A stretch of DNA of 60,708 bases, filler included. It is 5 parts of 5 records of this genome, joined end to end, with 100 filler letters (N's around TTAATTAATTAA, not from the genome) between each part and the next. Parts side by side here need not be neighbours in the genome. Positions count along the whole stretch, not along the records: positions 54,952 to 60,708 come from SRR31156797_32043; 4 more parts are not named here. One strand, 5' to 3'. The position numbers and the translations under genes were made by a program. The notes under the pieces were generated by a model. The model was not told the DNA's origin, did no database searches, and saw only the letters and a list, made by a program, of their open reading frames with translations. This document shows positions 57,750-60,708 of the stretch, piece after piece. The stretch's first letter is position 1, and every line of letters begins with the position of its first letter.

Positions 57750-60708
57750 TCACTTCTTCCTCTTCAGGAATCCCATATATATAGCTCCGACACCTGCAAG
57801 CACAAGGATAGAAGCAACAATATCCGAACCAGAGAATCCGCTTCCAGCTTCTGTTTCAGGCACATTTTCCTGTGTCATTTCATATCCTTCAACGTAGTTG
57901 TTGTCAGATGTGGATTTTGATGCATCCTGTACAGGAGTTTCAGTATCCATTCCAGCTCCGGAATCTGACATCATGGTCTGGTTCGATGAACCGGAACCTG
58001 TCTCTTTGACCTTTAGATCAGTTCCTGTAGAGCTGCTGCTACGACTTGAACTGCTACCGGAAGTAGCAGTTGCTTCGGGAATCGTTTTCTGTACTGAGGT
58101 GGTTGTTTCCACCATGGTTTTCTGGTATTCTGCCATGGTAACAGGATCAACAACACCTGTCGTCATCATCTTATTCTGTACGAAATCATCAAGGAGTGGG
58201 TTTCCACAGGTATGGTGGCAGCATGTAGCACCGTTCTCTGCAACTGATTCCGCATACTCTTTCACAAGATCGTTGACAACATCATCAGGAAGATCGATGT
58301 ATCCTTTACGCACGCCTTCAAGCATTCTTCCGGTTATGGACTGGTAGGCTCCCGGGTTGTTCTCATTGAAGAACTTCTCCATATCATCGTTGACGTATGT
58401 ATTGTACACATTTTCCCACATCTGGTCGTCGACAAGTTCAGGATTGGTGACTTCCCAGCCCCAGAGATTATCCACGAACTCAGACATCATCCTGGCGCCT
58501 GCATACTCGTATTTCATCATACCATCTATCCACTTGTCATTGAAATACCTGGAACGGATGTTCACATTTATGTACCTTCCAAGCTCAACTATCTCTGCCT
58601 GATTAGGGTTTCTTGTATCAGAAACATACATATCAGGCGTGCTTCCACTCACGTATCTTGTTGCAAGGTTAAGACCACCGAAGTACTGGTAGAAGTCATC
58701 ATTGTCCAGGGTATCGTACAAGTTGGATGAATCTGAATGAACTGAAGCATCCACATTCATCAGATTACCTTCAAGTAATTCAGATGAATCGAATCCCCAG
58801 AGCTCACTTCCATATGCATATCCCATTTTATCAAGATATATCTCAGCAATCTCTGATTCATTTTCCCATGATCCACTTGAGTCAACCGCATTTCCAACAC
58901 CTATTTCATAGGTTCCGTCACGAACGGCAAAGCAGCGCATGGTGGACAACTTTCCTGCCATCTCCGCAGAGTATGTTTCGTTACCTGTACTGTTCAGGAA
59001 AGAAGCGTACAGGTCAGTGTAGATTGCCTGTGTACTGCTGTTGACATAGTTCGGGTAGTTGCCGGGTTCTGCAAGGTTTGCCAGTTTAGAGGCTTCATCA
59101 AGCATCTTCAGCTTGTCAGGGAATGCATCACGCATACCTGCTGTGGTGTATACTATGTCAATGCGTGGTCTGCCAGGGGTAGAATCATCATATACTGGAA
59201 GGAGTTCTTCCTCAGGAATCAGTTCCACACCTATGACCTTACCGTTCCTGTCCCATACAGGCTGGACACCCAGGAGGTAAAGAGCCTCTGCTTCCAGTGT
59301 GCCGTGGTCCCTGATGAACTCCACACCAAATCTTGAGAATGAAACCTTCTCAGGATATTCACCGTGGTTCTGGTAATAGTCATCTATGAGTTGTTGTGCA
59401 AGCATCTTTCCAAGCTTCCAAGTGGCTTCTGAAGGATAAAGCTCAGGGTTTACACCGTAGAAGTTTCTTCCTGTTGGCACGGAATTCGGATTCATCACAG
59501 GATCTGTTCCTGGTCCTGCAGGAATGAAACCTGCACTAAGTGCGGATATCACACGATCCATTTCAATGGAACTGTCCAGCAGGTTCTGCCTGCAGTCAAG
59601 ACCAAATTCAAGGTCGATGTTCAGTGATTCATTAACTTCGCCGTAGACCAACATCTGTGCGTCAGACGGTGTAGTGCCGTTGGTGACGATCTCCCATACC
59701 AGCTGGTCTACTTTTGTATCGTTGAAGGGGATTCCAAGAGAATATTCATCAACCGGGTAGTAAGCCGCTGTGATATTCTCCTCAAAGTAGCTTCCCATCA
59801 TTGACCTGACCATAGCTGAAAGTTCATCGGAGGCCGGATCAGTTGAATTGGTGGAAGGGACTTCTCCAAGGATGTGCATTCCATAAGGAATGTTCTCGCC
59901 TTCGATGTCTTCCAGATACTCATGTAGTATGTCCTTGACAAACAAATCGAACTGTGATTCATTGTACAGGTATAATTCGGATCCGTTAATGTCCAGATCA
60001 GTATCAACACCTGCTTCTATCACCTCATCAACTATGGCCATCTGATATGCCTGTTTAGTCTGCAACGACATTTCAGGTCCGTAGTATTCCTGTATGAAAC
60101 GTGACATGTTCTCAAGCTGGCCATAGGTTCCTGACCTCTCAAGGGTTGGGGTCAGATGGTCGATGATAAGCGCATTACCACGATATTCTGCAGTAAGACC
60201 TTCACCCACGTTTGCAACAATGTATGGGTAAATGTTTGGCAGGTCCTGTAACAGTACAGGTGCCCACTCAGAAGAGCGATTCATTCCGTATGACTGTCCA
60301 GGGAGCCACTCATGAGTACCATGTGTACCAAGGTGGATTATTGCATCGGGGTCCCAGTCATTATTGAGCCACAGATAAAATCCGATATACTGGTGGGGTG
60401 GTGGAACAAGGCTGCTGTGGTAGAGAGTGTCATCATTCTGCATGAATCCTCTTGCAGGCTGTGGCATAAGCCAGACATTACCAAACTGCACCGTTGGGAT
60501 TACAAGGTATTTCTCACCGCTGTCATCTTCCCATATCATCAGGCTCTTGTTTTGAGGCAGGTCTTCTTCCCAGGGTGCACCCCATTCTGTTATAACCTGT
60601 TCCTGGAGATCTTCGGGAATTTCCTCTTCAAACCATTGTTTGTAAGTATCCATTGGTATGAGCTGGAGTCCCCATTCGGTCCTGTTCTCAACCATTTCGT
60701 ACATAACA
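57750..60708 (-). CDS. cobN: CobN/Mg-chelatase H family protein with C-terminal membrane anchor, 5'-truncated
   Basis: PPPHQY, HLGTHGTHEWLPG, YGMHILG, PTGRNFY, RPRID, DNDDFYQYFGG; Ser/Thr-rich linker, TM helix and KRKK end. Confidence 0.88.
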   Translation of the reverse strand, partial: VMYEMVENRTEWGLQLIPMDTYKQWFEEEIPEDLQEQVITEWGAPWEEDLPQNKSLMIWEDDSGEKYLVIPTVQFGNVWLMPQPARGFMQNDDTLYHSSLVPPPHQYIGFYLWLNNDWDPDAIIHLGTHGTHEWLPGQSYGMNRSSEWAPVLLQDLPNIYPYIVANVGEGLTAEYRGNALIIDHLTPTLERSGTYGQLENMSRFIQEYYGPEMSLQTKQAYQMAIVDEVIEAGVDTDLDINGSELYLYNESQFDLFVKDILHEYLEDIEGENIPYGMHILGEVPSTNSTDPASDELSAMVRSMMGSYFEENITAAYYPVDEYSLGIPFNDTKVDQLVWEIVTNGTTPSDAQMLVYGEVNESLNIDLEFGLDCRQNLLDSSIEMDRVISALSAGFIPAGPGTDPVMNPNSVPTGRNFYGVNPELYPSEATWKLGKMLAQQLIDDYYQNHGEYPEKVSFSRFGVEFIRDHGTLEAEALYLLGVQPVWDRNGKVIGVELIPEEELLPVYDDSTPGRPRIDIVYTTAGMRDAFPDKLKMLDEASKLANLAEPGNYPNYVNSSTQAIYTDLYASFLNSTGNETYSAEMAGKLSTMRCFAVRDGTYEIGVGNAVDSSGSWENESEIAEIYLDKMGYAYGSELWGFDSSELLEGNLMNVDASVHSDSSNLYDTLDNDDFYQYFGGLNLATRYVSGSTPDMYVSDTRNPNQAEIVELGRYINVNIRSRYFNDKWIDGMMKYEYAGARMMSEFVDNLWGWEVTNPELVDDQMWENVYNTYVNDDMEKFFNENNPGAYQSITGRMLEGVRKGYIDLPDDVVNDLVKEYAESVAENGATCCHHTCGNPLLDDFVQNKMMTTGVVDPVTMAEYQKTMVETTTSVQKTIPEATATSGSSSSRSSSSTGTDLKVKETGSGSSNQTMMSDSGAGMDTETPVQDASKSTSDNNYVEGYEMTQENVPETEAGSGFSGSDIVASILVLAGVGAIYMGFLKRKK

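Noticed and set aside
263-60010. Numerous short ORFs antisense to or nested in the called genes
   Set aside because: Shadow frames of well-supported CDSs with no independent signals
1-60708. Bacterial and archaeal genes side by side as horizontal transfer, or the two subtilases as one system
   Set aside because: Every compositional switch coincides with a spacer; the contigs are unrelated
1-60708. CRISPR arrays, tRNA/rRNA genes, transposases, integrases
   Set aside because: None recognised by eye; no regularly spaced direct repeats or matching ORFs

Overview
The window is not one genome. It is five unrelated contigs joined by 100-nt N spacers, each carrying the artificial linker TTAATTAATTAA (gaps at 17616-17715, 28180-28279, 34052-34151, 54852-54951). 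Taxonomy below is inferred from gene content and composition. (1) 1-17615, Desulfovibrionaceae-like: AhpD/CMD protein, an ABC exporter with an interrupted NBD, a sensor PP2C-RsbW fusion plus STAS protein, EamA, LysM lipoprotein, histidine kinase, pgi, radA, azlCD, sulP and a partial sigma54 activator. (2) 17716-28179, Desulfobacterales-like accessory region: two metallo-hydrolases, two RcnA/NicO-type permeases (one fused to DUF3299), dcuC plus an M29-like aminopeptidase, a LuxR remnant, a MITE and an amphi-Trp protein. (3) 28280-34051, AT-rich Bacteroidota: lipoprotein, DUF4249 lipoprotein, T9SS-type subtilase and a TonB-dependent transporter. (4) 34152-54851, Desulfocapsaceae-like housekeeping region: rfaE1, skp, pal, glgP, radical SAM, dus, fur, rny, 6S RNA, zapAB, Nudix, MltD-like, moaE, HDOD, hybrid kinase, YihY, ParB-like. 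(5) 54952-60708, Methanosarcinaceae-like: a secreted subtilase and a membrane-anchored CobN-like chelatase. The best candidate for a novel system is contig 3. The whole four-gene operon looks like a single 5721-bp integron-like gene cassette. It starts at G^TTAACTGTAATGGT and ends in an atypical ~130-bp attC-like hairpin whose AAC-ending arm is complementary to that start at 14 of 15 nt. No integrase is present in the window.
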